A stretch of 62,165 nt of DNA, filler included, from Squatina squatina (GCA_031763465.1; 3 parts of 3 records of this genome joined end to end with filler, not necessarily neighbours in it), one strand, 5' to 3'. Counted from the whole stretch's first letter, positions 12,885 to 25,343 are shown. A program made the numbers and translations. Notes: generated by a model not told the origin, from the sequence alone.

Positions 12885-13640
12885 TCGCTGGTAAGGCAAA
12901 TAGGGGGAAATGTACAAAAGGCCAGAGTTACTGGACCAAAGGATAAGGAAAAGGATGTAAATCTGGAGAAAGTTATGGGGTAGGGTGGAGCATGTCTGTA
13001 GGGGATTTGAAGTTGAGGACAAGGATTTTAAATTCTATGGGCTGGGGGAATGAAGCCAGTGACAATCAGCAAGGAAGAAGATTTTAGTGAGTGGGCTTTG
13101 TGAAGGGCAGAATATGGACAGGTGAGTTTTGGTTGTAGTTTATGGAAGCAGAAGGACATAAAGCTGGCAAGAAGAATACTACAGAAATTGAAAGACATGG
13201 ATAAGGGTTTTAACAGCAGCAGGAGCAAGGCAGGCAATGTTACAGAGGTAGGAATAAACAGAGATTATAGTAGAAATATGGAGTTTTAAACTCAGATCTG
13301 GGTCAAATAGGATGCCAAGGTTTCATATGACCCAATTCAGCTGATCAAATGATCAGGCTGGCGGTGGGGGGGCGGACGGTGATGGGATGAAGTCAGTGGC
13401 AAGGAAGCAGAGTTTATGGTGAAGATCAGAAATGATGGCGTTGGTCTTTCAGACATTCAGTTGGAGGAATTTTGACTCCAACAACTCAACTTCAGACATG
13501 CAGTCGGAAGTTGGCGGTGAAGTTGATGCAAGTGGAGAGGTAGCGCTGGACATCATCTGCATGCATTTACAAACTGATGCCATGCCTGTAAATGATCTCG
13601 CCAACAGGCAGAATTTGGATAAGGAAGAGGAGGGAGCTGA
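12885..13640 (-). mobile_element. Decayed L2-like LINE fragment
   Basis: Purine-rich plus strand with reversed RT remnants (catcatctgc, approximately ADD) and ORF2 C-terminal remnants. Confidence 0.45.
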
Positions 13641-14222
13641 GCGTTATAACATTATGCTGAAAAAAAATTATAGCATCACAAACCTGATTCGTGCGTCACA
13701 GACAGAGACTTGCATTCAGGGATGTTTGATTCGTAACAAACTGTGAACAACAATTTCTGTTTTACATGTTCCTGCTGCATTAGCCATGAGCCTGCATTTA
13801 TCAGCAATTGTCACGATCAGCAATCATTTTCTTTTGCAAATTATCATTCACATATTTTTCTTGCTTTTTCATTTTGAGTGTTTTATTTTAATCAGTGAGG
13901 GATGATGACCAAATCAGGGAAAAGCAAGCTTGAAGGAGGGTCAAACTGATGTTAACTATGTATGTGGGAGGTGAATGAACAGCAAAGATACAGTCCATTA
14001 ACCTGGTGGGGGTGCATCGGCAGTATTTTCTTTCAACTTTGCATGTTAATTCAACTCCCATAGTCAGTCTTAGCAAGTCTAAACCAATACCCACAATTTC
14101 ACAAGCACTTTATTTTAGAAGTTTTTTTCCAAAGGAGGGAGACAGTTAGTTATTGTCTTTTTCTTTGATTCAAATCAATTTACAATCTACCTGGCCAAAA
14201 GTGTCTCAAACATCTGAATTAC

Positions 14223-14329
14223 CTTAAGTCCAATAGCTTGATGAGCCGCCAGGGTAACAGCAATGGACCCATCCAAGGATGTGATCTCACCAAGTCGTGC
14301 ATACATGGTGTTTGATAGGCCAAGACCAC
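14223..14329 (-). CDS. ACAD9: ACAD9 exon ([36 protein letters not shown])
   Basis: 107 bp, ctgcag|...|gtaatt; in phase with exon 14518-14619. Confidence 0.95.
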
Positions 14330-14517
14330 CTGCAGAGAATATGCATCAACTGATTAACACAATCACTGCATTTTGATGCCAAAAATCAAATAAATCAAGT
14401 GGTCAAAAGAACAATAGTACTAATTATGAATTATGTATAGTTACTTGGATGCCAAATACTTGACATGCAAGGTTAGACATCAGCAGTAATTTTGCCCATC
14501 AATATGTACAAACTCAC

Positions 14518-14619
14518 CATACTCTTCAGGAATCTGTTGTCCAAAGAGACCCAGCTCTTTGAGTCCTTTCAAAGTTTCTGGTGGAATCTTTGCATCCAAA
14601 TCAATTTTCTTTGAATCAA
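14518..14619 (-). CDS. ACAD9: ACAD9 exon ([34 protein letters not shown])
   Basis: 102 bp, aatcag|...|gtgagt. Confidence 0.95.
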
Positions 14620-14699
14620 CTGATTAAAAAGAAAAAGTTAATTCATCTGAATATTTGTCAACAGATGTGATAACATTGCATGCGCCACTATTAATCAAT

Positions 14700-14959
14700 C
14701 GGTGCCGGTGGGGTACCGCAGGGATCGGTGCTTGGGCCCCAGCTGTTCACAATATAGATCAATGATTTGGATAAGGGTACTAAATGTAATGTTTCCAAGT
14801 TTGCCGATGGCACAAATTTAGGGGGGCGAGGGGGAGGGGGGCGGAGCGGGGAAGGTGAGTTGTGAGGAGGATGCAAAGAGGCCTGGGTGTCCTTGTACAG
14901 CAGTCACTGAAAGCAAATATGCAGGTGCAGCAAGCAGTTAGGAAGGCAAATGGTATGTT
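14700..14959 (+). mobile_element. CR1 LINE RT fragment with internal deletion
   Basis: [35 protein letters not shown], followed by QVQQAVRKANGM. Confidence 0.85.
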
Positions 14960-15749
14960 CAGTTCCACACTGACTCGTTCCCCTTTCTCTCCACCCTTGG
15001 AGATGCTGACTCTATCTGGGTACAGTTCTACACTCACTGGTTCCCTCTCTTTCCTCACCTGGAGGTCCTGACACTGGCTGGGTTTGGTTCTGCACTCACA
15101 GGTTCTCCCTCCCTGAAGGTGCTTACTCTGGCTGTGTTCAGTACCATACTCACTGGTTCCATCTCCACCCCTGAAGGGTCTGTCACTGGTGAGCTAAGTT
15201 CTACACTCACTGATCCCCCTCCCTCTTCTCCCCTCAAGGTGCTGACTCTGGCTGGGTTCAGTTCTACACTCACTGGTTCCTCTCCTTCTCTGAAGATGCG
15301 CTCTCTGGCTGGGTTTAATTCTACACTCGTTCGTTCCCCTCCCGCTCCACCCATGAACGGTCTGACTCTGATGTGTTCAGTTCTACACTCACTGGTTCCT
15401 CTTCCTCTCCTTCCCTGAAGGTGTTGACGCTGGCTGGATCCATTTCTACAATCACTGGTTCCTCTCCGTCTTCTCCCCTGAAGGTGCTGACTCTGGCTGG
15501 GTTCAGTACCACACTCACTGGTTCCCCTCTCTGTCTCTGAAGGTGCGGTCTCTGGGTGGGTTTATCTCCACACTCGCCGATACCCCTCCCTCTCCTGAAG
15601 GTGCTGTGTCTGGCTGGGTTCAGTTCTACAGTCACTGGTTCCCCTCTCTCTCTCTCCTTCTCTGAAAGTGCATTCTCTGACTGGGTTGAATTCTACACTC
15701 ACTGGTTCCCGTCCCTCTTCACCCCTGAAGGGTCTGACTCTGGTGAGTT
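14958..15749. repeat. Minisatellite, about 55-62 bp unit, roughly 13 copies, running into a gap
   Basis: Recurrent ctgaaggtgctgactctggctgggttcagttctacactcactggttcc core with a variable CT-rich spacer. Confidence 0.95.
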
Positions 15750-15849
15750 NNNNNNNNNNNNNNNNNNNNNNNNNNNNNNNNNNNNNNNNNNNNNNNNNNN
15801 NNNNNNNNNNNNNNNNNNNNNNNNNNNNNNNNNNNNNNNNNNNNNNNNN

Positions 15850-16190
15850 CCTTTCTGTAACCTCCTCCAGCCCTACAACACTCCAAGATCTCTTGTGTTC
15901 CACCAATTCTGACCTTTTGCCCATCCCCGATTTTCATTGCTCCACCATTGCCAGGCATGTCTTCAGCTGTCTAGGCACTAAGCTCTGGAATTCCCTTGCT
16001 AATCCTCTCTGCCTCTCTCCTTGTTTAAGACGCTCCTTAAAACCTACCACTTCGACCAAGCTTTTGGTCACCTGTCTTAATATCTCCTTATGTGGCTCTG
16101 TATCAAATTTTGTTTGATCAAACTTCTGTGAAGCACCTTGGAATGATTTAATACTTTAAGGGGGGGTTTATATATACTTGTTGTTGAAAT
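15850..16190 (+). mobile_element. L2-type LINE 3' end
   Basis: NLLQPY...FSCLGTKLWNSL...LKT remnants, then a gtgaagcaccttgg tail. Confidence 0.6.
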
Positions 16191-16845
16191 ATTACTGACT
16201 GTGTTATTTTTGTTCACTGTCATAGTCACTAGATTGACTTGTAATTGAGGCCCAGTCATTGTTAGATTTTTTTTTTCTGTTTTGGTTCAGAATTGCTTTT
16301 TTAACAAAGAGGACTCTCATTTATCAACCTTCCTTCATGATGGTATTTCAAAAAAGAAACATTGTATTTATGGGGGTGGGGTGGATTTCTTCTCTTCTCC
16401 TTGGGGTATTCCCTGTATTTTTGTGGCAAATAATGAGTTATGCACGGCTCCCTTTTTATGTTATACTGGGGAATGCCCTATTTAGCTGTAGTGGTTGGAT
16501 TACAAATTGGCCCTGTCAGCAAAATAAGAGGCATACTAGACTAATGACAATTAAAGCCTCACGACAATGCTGGTTTCTCTTTGTCATTAACTGTGTGGCC
16601 TCCAGCTCTCGCTCGGTATGTAGAACAGAGGAATGCATGCCTTGTATGGAGCAAAAATATACAGCAAGGTGTGAAAAATATTTTCACTGGGTGACTGGTT
16701 AAAATGTGAGGAATGCAATTGCACGGTCAGGTTGCTGGTGATACTTTTTTATATTTTACACATTTTTCTTACATGGTATTCCTTATTACATGCCTACAAA
16801 TAACTACTTGGTTTAAATATTGATTCCTTTTTTTGTAATATTTTT

Positions 16846-17573
16846 GGGGTAAAATTCTTTTTTTTATCTTGGCACTTGTCTGTTTATTCATTTCCTGGGC
16901 CTGATGAGCAGGAGTTTCTGGTAGTTTGCGCTGGGTTTTTTTTCCAGCGCAATTCGCCTGATATTGGTCAAACTAACGCAAAAGATCAGGGAAGTTTAAG
17001 CACAAATCGAGGGTCCGCGATTGCACCAGTTTCTTTTTTTAAAAAAAAAAGCGAGCCATGCTCCCAGATCGAATTAAGCACCATTACAAGTTTCCGTTAA
17101 TTGTGTTTGCTTGCAGGCCTTCGAGCAGACTCTAAAATTAAGCATTTTTTAGGTACAAGTACGCTAATGGGCACATTTTAAAAGCTTTTGAATATAATTT
17201 TTTAAAATTTACTATTAAACTGACGGCTGTACACCAACATAACTAGCAAATGGTTTTTTTTTAGTCGTTCAGTTATTTAACATTGGGTTACTCACAGGTG
17301 GTGGACTGGACACTCTTATTAAAATGCTTTTTTTTGTGATAAGCCCATTTTCAGCTGTATTAATGAAGCTGCACAAAGTTACACTCTTAAATATATCAAG
17401 GAATATTTTTTAAAAGCAAAAACTTAAATAAAAAAAAATTAAATTCTAAAACACTGCCTGATTGTGCTGGTTCATGGCAGATTTTGCATCCGGTGGTATG
17501 AAAAGGAGTTTGAGCGGAAACACAAGGAAAAAAAACTTGTGCAACTTGCACCCAAAGTGGAAAATTTATCCCC
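16846..17573. mobile_element. Possible non-autonomous DNA transposon (MITE-like)
   Basis: Short imperfect terminal inverted repeats GGGGTAAAATT ... AATTTATCCC around a CpG-containing non-coding interior; no clear target-site duplication. Confidence 0.25.
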
Positions 17574-20284
17574 ATCTCTCAAATCAGATCTGTACATCAA
17601 TAATGCCATTTCCTTTACAGTATATGGATCAATCAACAATAGAGTGAGGAACAAATACATTCAATGGAAGAGAACAAAAATTATAAACTAGTAGAACAAA
17701 GAAGCCCGACTACCAGATGTTATAATTCCTCTCAGAATTAGCCCTATTTTCTCCTGTTTTACCATTTTTGCTGGCACGTGGGAGATAGGACGGCAAGACC
17801 TTACTGCTGACTGCAGCTAATCAGTATGTTCCAGCAGTCCTAACCTTCAATTCATTGCTGTACTCATTAGTTTTTGAGAAATACAGTTTTAACGAGTAAT
17901 AAAGTTAGTCTTTACAAAGCTCATATCATCAGCATCCTAATGAGATTCCTTTCTGGAGAATGAGCATTATCTGGCAGTGCAGATCTTCATGACTATGCAC
18001 ATTAAATGGTTTTCCCTCTACAGGATGGACCTGAAGGTCACTTAGAAAAACATTGGATTTATCTTGGGCAGTCTAATTTTACTGCTGGAGGAGACTCTGA
18101 AACTTATTATTCCTGAAGTGTAACAGAATAAAATATATTTTTACCTCAACTGTTAACTCCCATTAAGAATTCTACTTGAGCAGGACAGGTCCCATGATGT
18201 AGCCTGCAGTTAATTTATATGGGCAATGTGTTCAACGTGGATGGAACTTCACCTAAAGCCATAAGATTCGGCTGAACACTGGCTTTAAATTATTCACTTG
18301 AAATCAGTGACAATCAGTGTAAATGCGTTATGTTGAGAATTGAGTCAGTGCCCACCACCAACATCACTTGCATTGCCCCAGTGAATGCGTCCAAAAAAAA
18401 TCTTTTTATTTGCGTAATTTTCAAGCCTCTACCATGACTCCACTGGGCCTACAGCGTCTTCTTCTCCAGAGCGCCAATGATCTTTGCTGCAATATGGGGT
18501 AGAGCTGCAGGCCCAAATCTGATCCCCTGTGAGGCTCTGCACCAGAAATTGAGCCTCACAAAATGTACCCACATATAAACCCTTCAAGATATTAGTGTTT
18601 TACAATGTGCGCCATTACAAAATGCTGGGCAAATAATTTGGTTTCCTGTGTCAAGAATACGGACGGCTTCAAACATAACAAGAACTGGACATGTTGATTG
18701 AAGGTCGTCATTATATTGTCATTAATATTAAATTATTTATTACCCTGCCTTAATATGTATGAATATATTTCCTCTTTCATTTTTATGACAGACAAATTCA
18801 AGAAAAGCTCTTCAATCCTGTTAAGCAATCCTGAAATTGCTAATTTGCCTAATCTCCCTGCATTAAATCATTTTCTATACAATATCCCAGCTTTTATTAC
18901 CAAGAATGTGACGTTTCAGGACGACTTGCAATTTTTTGCTGTACTTTGTGCACTCTCAATTTCAGGTACTCAATTGCTCACAATGTATATCGAGTGAAGC
19001 ACACACCGAATCGTGTGATTTGTAACAAGATCCTTGGATACATTGGGGCTGAAAATCCACAGGTCACATTCCTGGCGGTTATGCAAGGATCATGATGGTG
19101 GTGCCCTCACGTGTTGACCCCACTAGATTTGAGGCCAGAAGTGCACCTGCAGTATTACAAGTGGGATGGCAGCTCATTAGCATGAATCTGGTAGCCACCT
19201 GCAATACCACAGGTGCGCTTCTNNNNNNNNNNNNNNNNNNNNNNNNNNNNNNNNNNNNNNNNNNNNNNNNNNNNNNNNNNNNNNNNNNNNNNNNNNNNNN
19301 NNNNNNNNNNNNNNNNNNNNNNTTAATTAACAGTCTGTTTTCAAGAACTCATTACTTGCAATAAGCAAACAGAATGACATGGGCTGCCACAGGAGTACAA
19401 CAGATCTAAGCATTACGATAGTTTAGGAACAGAAGGAATGCAACCCCGAAGTGACTGTGGACATATTTGTAGTACTAATTTACACACTATGTACAAATTA
19501 AAGGCTTGCCTATTCATTAGCCCCACCTCCTATCTAATTTCCCACTCCCCTCCCCACCTCACCCTTGAGATATGGTATTCCATTCTTCGAGTATGTACAC
19601 AATTACTTCTCTATATTTGCAGGCAGAAGTGGCATTGCCAAATGATATTGTACAATGAGTACAAACCTAAATGCATGCTGGACTGTAGTAATACACAGCT
19701 TTACATGAGACAGTAATTTAACATCAAGAGTTTCACTTTGTATTTGCTGACTTTCATTCAGTTTGTTGTTACAAGAAACAAGAGGCTTCTGCGGCATGCA
19801 GTGCATGATGGAAAAAACGTTTGACATCAGATGGTTGCGGTTTTCTCTTTTTTTAAGCAATACAATACTTGTACACTAATATTAAAGTGATCTTATTCAA
19901 AAATTTTTACATTGTCATACATTTCATTCTTAACTTAAAAAACAAATACAAATACACATTATTTGGGTTATTCCAGAAAAGATCAGGTCTGCAAGATAAG
20001 GTGGGTGAATTACAGGCCACATAGTGTATTCTTCTTCGTCTGGCATCACCTGGTAGAAATGACTTGCATAAACCAAAAATGCATGTTAAATACCCCACAT
20101 TGACAAAAGTATATGGTCTAATCTGACTTTGACAAACCAAATATGCCCTATGTGTTTGAACTCGTTTACACATCAACACTCACAAAAAACGTGCACATCT
20201 AAACATTAGCTAGGACAAATTGATTATACAGATGTTTAAGCAGTATAAATAAAAAAAACCACACTATTCCCAATTTAATACATT

Positions 20285-20290
20285 TTTATT
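20285..20290 (-). promoter_or_regulatory. Candidate polyadenylation signal of the IQSEC1 3'UTR
   Basis: AATAAA on the minus strand at the end of about 2.3 kb of AT-rich, repeat-poor sequence downstream of the IQSEC1 stop. Confidence 0.45.
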
Positions 20291-22573
20291 TACAATGAAA
20301 ATTCATGATAATTTCAAACAATTTATGCACAGTTTATGTAACAGACAAAAGTCTTCATGAAGGAGCCATTGTGCAATTTGTGTAGGGACTGGACCTTGAA
20401 ACTAACCCAACCCCACCACTATCATCTAGAGTGGCAACCAGATCTTTTTTGGAACAGATTTTAGATTACAGCTAGACTATACTTATAGATACAGAGGTAT
20501 GAAGAAACAGTCTAAGTATTTTAATAGGAGATCACCTTACCTCAACTATATTTAATGTCAACACTGATAATTTTTTGCAAATATACAGTATGTAGAGTGT
20601 AGCCTCACAATATTNNNNNNNNNNNNNNNNNNAGATAGCCTGTTTCATTGAGAACACATCATTCTTTATACTGCAAGGAACAGAGCCTCGGGAATCAGTC
20701 CGACTCCGAGATAAGACTTCACGATCCAAGATGTTCAAGAATGATTAAATTAACAAACCTGACATTTATTCTCACTTCTCAGTACATAATTATAAGAAAA
20801 ATATTGCACATACAGGAAACAAAACTTAAAAAAGGCTAAACTCTATTTGCTGTATTTGCTCACTATGGCAGCTAACAAAGTGCTCAGTTCATAGGTTTGC
20901 TGGTATTTATGTTCGGCGACTTTTGCTGTTTCCAGAAAAAAAATTAGTCTGAGCTAGTCTTTTATTTTAGAATGGTCCAAGTCAGAGATGTTCCTTCAGT
21001 TTCAGCAGACCTCTCACTTTATCACTGAATACATTACTTTGCAAGCTTAGAGTTGCTGTCACTTCAACAGTGTGTCTGCTGCAATAATTTGATATTAGAT
21101 GGTACCACCAATCCATTTTTGAAATAAACAGACCATATTTTAAATTTCAAAAACAAGTATGATAGTGATGAGAGTGTGAGATGTACTCAGCCTGCTGAGT
21201 GCAATGTACTTTGAAGCAAAAAAATATATATATATATCTCTCCTGAAAATTATCTTATAAGAAAACAAGGAATTTCATCTTTGAAGATTTTAATGCTTTC
21301 TCTTGCTAATTGCTCTCAGTGTGGGCTTCTGAATGTTCATGAGTATGTATGTACATAGAATTTTGTTTATACTGTACTCTCATGTGTAAATGAATGTAGT
21401 AAATCTTGATCTATTCTATGTGGTTTGCCTTCATTTTCCCCCAACTGAAAAGCTGTTGTAACGAAGGATGCCAAATTCAGATGATCAGATGCCATCTCAA
21501 CAGCAAATTGCATCAAATTTCACTAGTTAGCTCACCTAGAATATTCAATGCACTAATTTCAATACTGATAAGTCAAATAGGTTTTTAATTTTTTCTATTA
21601 AAATATGCATGTTATACATAAAGCAGATTTTGATTAAAATAGTAAGTGATGATATAGTTGGCACACTTAATAAAGATTACAATCATGATGTATCTGTTAG
21701 TTACAGGGGACTACAGCTGAATAAATACTGGAATTGTTTAACATTGCTCAGAATTCTACAATTTTAGTTTAAGTCTCTGTGGATAGTTTATCTTCTTCTA
21801 AAAGTAACTGAACCTATTACTTTTTTTTTTAAACTTGAGGCTTGTTTTGCAGCTTCAGGATGCTAAGCATTACTTTCCATGTGCAATTAAATTATCCAAA
21901 ACAGAATTCAAACAAAGCCATCATAACAATCTTGGGTCTACACAAGAGTTTCATCCATTGTCAGAAACCATCATCAGAAACCAAGCAAGTCTAGAATCAT
22001 TTGATCCACATTATATTNNNNNNNNNNNNNNNNNNNNNNNNNNNNNNNNNNNNNNNNNNNNNNNNNNNNNNNNNNNNNNNNNNNNNNNNNNNNNNNNNNN
22101 NNNNNNNNNNNNNNNNNTGTCAGAAAACATCATCAGAAACCTAGCAATTCTAGAATCATTTGATCAACATTATATTCTTTTGTTACAGGCTCCTAAATCG
22201 GAAATAACAAAAGAGCTGTCAGGCAATACTCCAAGGGAAAGGAAAAAAATGCTGTAACAACTGCTGGAAGAGTAACAGCACAAGCGTTGAATGGTAAGCA
22301 GCACAGAAGGCTCCCAGCTTGCCTCAAGCAAGGCAAAGAAAGATACTAAGGAAAACTTTCCCAGGGCAGCCTACTGAAGCCAATTATTGTATTTTCTGAC
22401 ATTATACTGGGAATGTGGATGCTATCTATAGCACACAGTAGTTATTCTAGTGTTTTAATTGGTTAAGATTAGGAAGTCATTCACATATTGCTGCATTTAA
22501 GTGCCTTCACAACTGTTAGTGCAGCTTCGTAATATTACAAGCATACAATGTTCTATTAGTTCTACCTTTTCTC

Positions 22574-22747
22574 CTAGACAATTGTGCTGATGCCACTCGT
22601 GTGTTTGGTCTTGCTACTGGTCGGTACAGCTGGGGGCTGCTGGCCATGGAGGTGCTGAGGGTGCGGAGAGTGAGTAGGATGCTGGGAATGGGGAGCGGCC
22701 ACAGGAGGATGAGCTGCGTGGGGGTGCTGTTGCACATAGGGAGTCAA
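22574..22747 (-). CDS. IQSEC1: IQSEC1 (BRAG2) last coding exon, partial: LTPYVQQHPHAAHPP...PTSSKTKHTSGISTIV*
   Basis: His/Pro-rich tail ending in SGISTIV-stop (TAG 22576-22574), the PDZ-binding end of the long IQSEC1 isoform. This frame is not in the ORF track. Confidence 0.85.
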   Translation of the reverse strand: MTPYVQQHPHAAHPPVAAPHSQHPTHSPHPQHLHGQQPPAVPTSSKTKHTSGISTIV

Positions 22748-22748
22748 G

Positions 22749-22848
22749 NNNNNNNNNNNNNNNNNNNNNNNNNNNNNNNNNNNNNNNNNNNNTTAATTAA
22801 TTAANNNNNNNNNNNNNNNNNNNNNNNNNNNNNNNNNNNNNNNNNNNN
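22749..22848. other. Artificial scaffold linker 44N-TTAATTAATTAA-44N
   Basis: Exactly 100 bp, with stop codons in all six frames; identical structure at 49238-49337. Confidence 0.97.
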
Positions 22849-23092
22849 TGCAGTTCTTCATCTACAACAGATAGACATTACCAAGCAACGGGGACAAACA
22901 CATTCAGCATGTCCACTCAAAATGGCCCCCAGGGCTGGTCACAGTAAAGATTCCCTGTAAAAACACTACCATTCTCATGCTCATCAAGGACAGTGTTCCT
23001 GTTGGTGTTACTATTACCAGTTACATCCGAGAAGCAAAAGAGGATTCCCATCTGTTAAATCGCAGTAAGACGGTAATTGCTGTCCTACTTAC

Positions 23093-23235
23093 AATTTGTT
23101 TCTCTGTATATTTATTGGAACTAAGCAGGTTAACTGCCTCCATGTGACCAAAGTCAATGTCGTGTCCGAGGAGGAAGATGAAAAGTAGTTTGCAGACATA
23201 TTTTTTCTTGCTGTAGCCATCCAGAGCCTTGTCAC
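23093..23235 (-). CDS. AP-2 complex alpha-adaptin exon (AP2A1 or AP2A2): [48 protein letters not shown]
   Basis: 143 bp, tttgtag|...|gtaagt; near-identical to the alpha-adaptin N-terminus. The paralog is not resolved. Confidence 0.93.
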
Positions 23236-23540
23236 CTACAAATCAAAACAAGCAACATTTCACAAACACAGCATTTTTTTTATGATCCAACTACAAGGGG
23301 AGTATGCAAATATGATTTCAGGAGGCTCACATCCCAAGTTTTCCGGAACTCTTATGCGGGAGTGTAACTTTCACCATAGTGCTAGCACTAAGCACCACAA
23401 AATATTTCAAATTAAACTCAATCTCAGGTCACTTCAAACTGCACTCGGGAAAATAAATTCTACTTCAGCGCACACACTATACCAGAAGTTGGGGCCAATC
23501 ACAATGTCAGAACTCAGCAGCAAAGCCTGAAAGGCAGTGT

Positions 23541-23648
23541 GTAAATACAGTGACAGCACAGAGCACAAACCCAGAGGGTAAATACAATCAATCAATCAGT
23601 GATAGCACAGAGCACAAACCCAGAGGGTAAATACAATCAGTGACAGCA
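23541..23648. repeat. Short tandem duplication (about 45-bp unit, two and a bit copies)
   Basis: cagtga(c/t)agcacagagcacaaacccagagggtaaatacaatca occurs twice. Confidence 0.85.
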
Positions 23649-24171
23649 TCGCAGTCAGTAAATGCACTCAATTCATACAAGGCAGATGCATGCCATCATC
23701 AATGCATCTTTGGTCTGTTACCTGATCTCCGCCATGGGGATTCTTGATCTAAGAAGAAAGGCAGGAGAGAAGTTTACCAACTCACCTGATCAGGTTGTTG
23801 CTAAAGGAACCTCACATAGTAACACTGACGGCTTTAATGATTTGTTTTTAAGCTGTCACTGCTGATATTTGTATTCCCATTGTTTTTAGATGCAAATTCT
23901 GCTGATAACATCTGGGGAACACCATTTTAAGAACCAGATAATTTCGAGTCCAGAGTGTTGAACCAACCTACGCACCCCACTTCACCCCTTCCCAAATGCA
24001 CCCACGTTCTCAGCCCCCCGCACTGCACGTGTCCCCCCCACACGCACACAAGCACATGCGCACTCTTGCACACGCACACACACACACGCCAAGCTCACCT
24101 CTGTCTGAGAGAGGCAGCAAGTAGAACGATGGAGGATGAATTGGCAAATCGATCAAGCGAGACAGTCTGTA

Positions 24172-24258
24172 TAGCATCTTTTGGATGGGACGTTAAACTG
24201 ATGCCCCGTCTGCTCTCTCAGGTGGACGTAAAAGATCCCATGGCACTATTTCGAAGAA
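24172..24258 (+). mobile_element. DeuSINE (Deu-domain, SacSINE1/AmnSINE-related) fragment
   Basis: ggatgggacgttaaac...ctcaggtggacgtaaaagatcccatggcactatttcgaagaa matches the Deu central domain as recalled. Confidence 0.7.
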
Positions 24259-24812
24259 NNNNNNNNNNNNNNNNNNNNNNNNNNNNNNNNNNNNNNNNNN
24301 NNNNNNNNNNNNNNNNNNNNNNNNNNNNNNNNNNNNNNNNNNNNNNNNNNNNNNNNNNTATGATGTTTTGACTCACTGTTCACTGAGTCCCCAGCCCTTC
24401 TCTTTGTCCTATACTCAGTACTATGAATAATTAGCTGTGCCTTGTGTTGACCTTTGCTGTACAGCACCCCCTACCTATGTTACTGATTAAATATTAACGA
24501 GTTGAATATTTGTGAGTGGGTGTGTATTCTACCTCACGTACTCCATCTGCTCCTTAGCTGTGAGAGTTTAATTTGGCTTTATGGTCTGGTGCCCAGATAG
24601 GTGTTGTCACTTGAGCTGCCACACAGCTCATGCCCTTGACTGTCGCTTGATGTTACAGACGCTTTCAGCTTGGTAGGTAGCTGTTTGCTAGAGTAATCCA
24701 AAACTGATTCTAGCGCCCTACTATAGAACCATCAGGCAGACACGCGAGTCTGTGTCATGCTGTATTGGATTGTGCACCAGCACAATGCGATTCACTTTTT
24801 TGCTCCCTCTAG

Positions 24813-24950
24813 TATCTGGAGTCTGTGCGGCCACTTCTGGATGATGAGCAGTTCAAGCGAATGCAGGCCCTGGCTCAAGACTTTGAGCTGAAGGTGGGAC
24901 CAAGGCTTCAGTGGTATCTAAAGCTCAAATCCTGGTGGGCCACCAACTAT
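24813..24950 (+). CDS. Carnitine palmitoyltransferase 1 exon (CPT1A-like): [46 protein letters not shown]
   Basis: 138 bp, ctctag|...|gtgagt; CPT1 LKSWWATNY motif. The paralog (CPT1A or CPT1C lineage) is uncertain. Confidence 0.92.
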
Positions 24951-25044
24951 GTGAGTAAAACTCATCATGTTGTGAAAAAGACTGTGGGTGTGAAGGTCGG
25001 ACTTGCTTGATTTAAATTCAGCCTGGACTCAGAGCAGCCAGGTG

Positions 25045-25343
25045 ACCATACAAACATAGAAACACGTAAAGACCATTTGGTCCATCGAGCTTGTCCCACA
25101 GGTATCACAACATCTGCACTCACCTATCCGAAACCATTTGATCTCCTGAGAGAGGCAAAAAGATAAAAATCTCTGGGCAATTTGGGATAAAAAAATCTGG
25201 AAAATTCCTCTCCGACCCATCTAGGTGATTGAAACTAGTCCAGGAGGTCACTCTGGCCATGAAATTCCCTGCAGTACCTATCTTCTGTAAGAGATGATCG
25301 CTGCAGCCAAAAACAAATCCAGCTTTCGCTTGAAGGAATTCAG
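25045..25343 (-). mobile_element. CR1-type LINE 3' end
   Basis: LNSFKRKLDLFL, then a 3'UTR ending in a gtttctatg-type tail on the minus strand. Confidence 0.65.

Noticed and set aside
14958-15749. Repeat array with constant cores and variable spacers, superficially CRISPR-like, with several 90-150 aa ORFs
   Set aside because: Eukaryotic intron context, degenerate units, short CT-rich spacers related to each other and no cas genes. It is a minisatellite and the ORFs are repeat translations.
19323-19331. ttaattaac after a gap, resembling the linker
   Set aside because: Incomplete 12-mer that follows a plain 100-N gap and has no trailing Ns; probably chance.
22601-22804. ORF-track products at the end of scaffold 1 (22601-22804 + and 22516-22737 -)
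   Set aside because: Wrong frame or strand; the supported frame is minus-strand 22747-22574 (IQSEC1).
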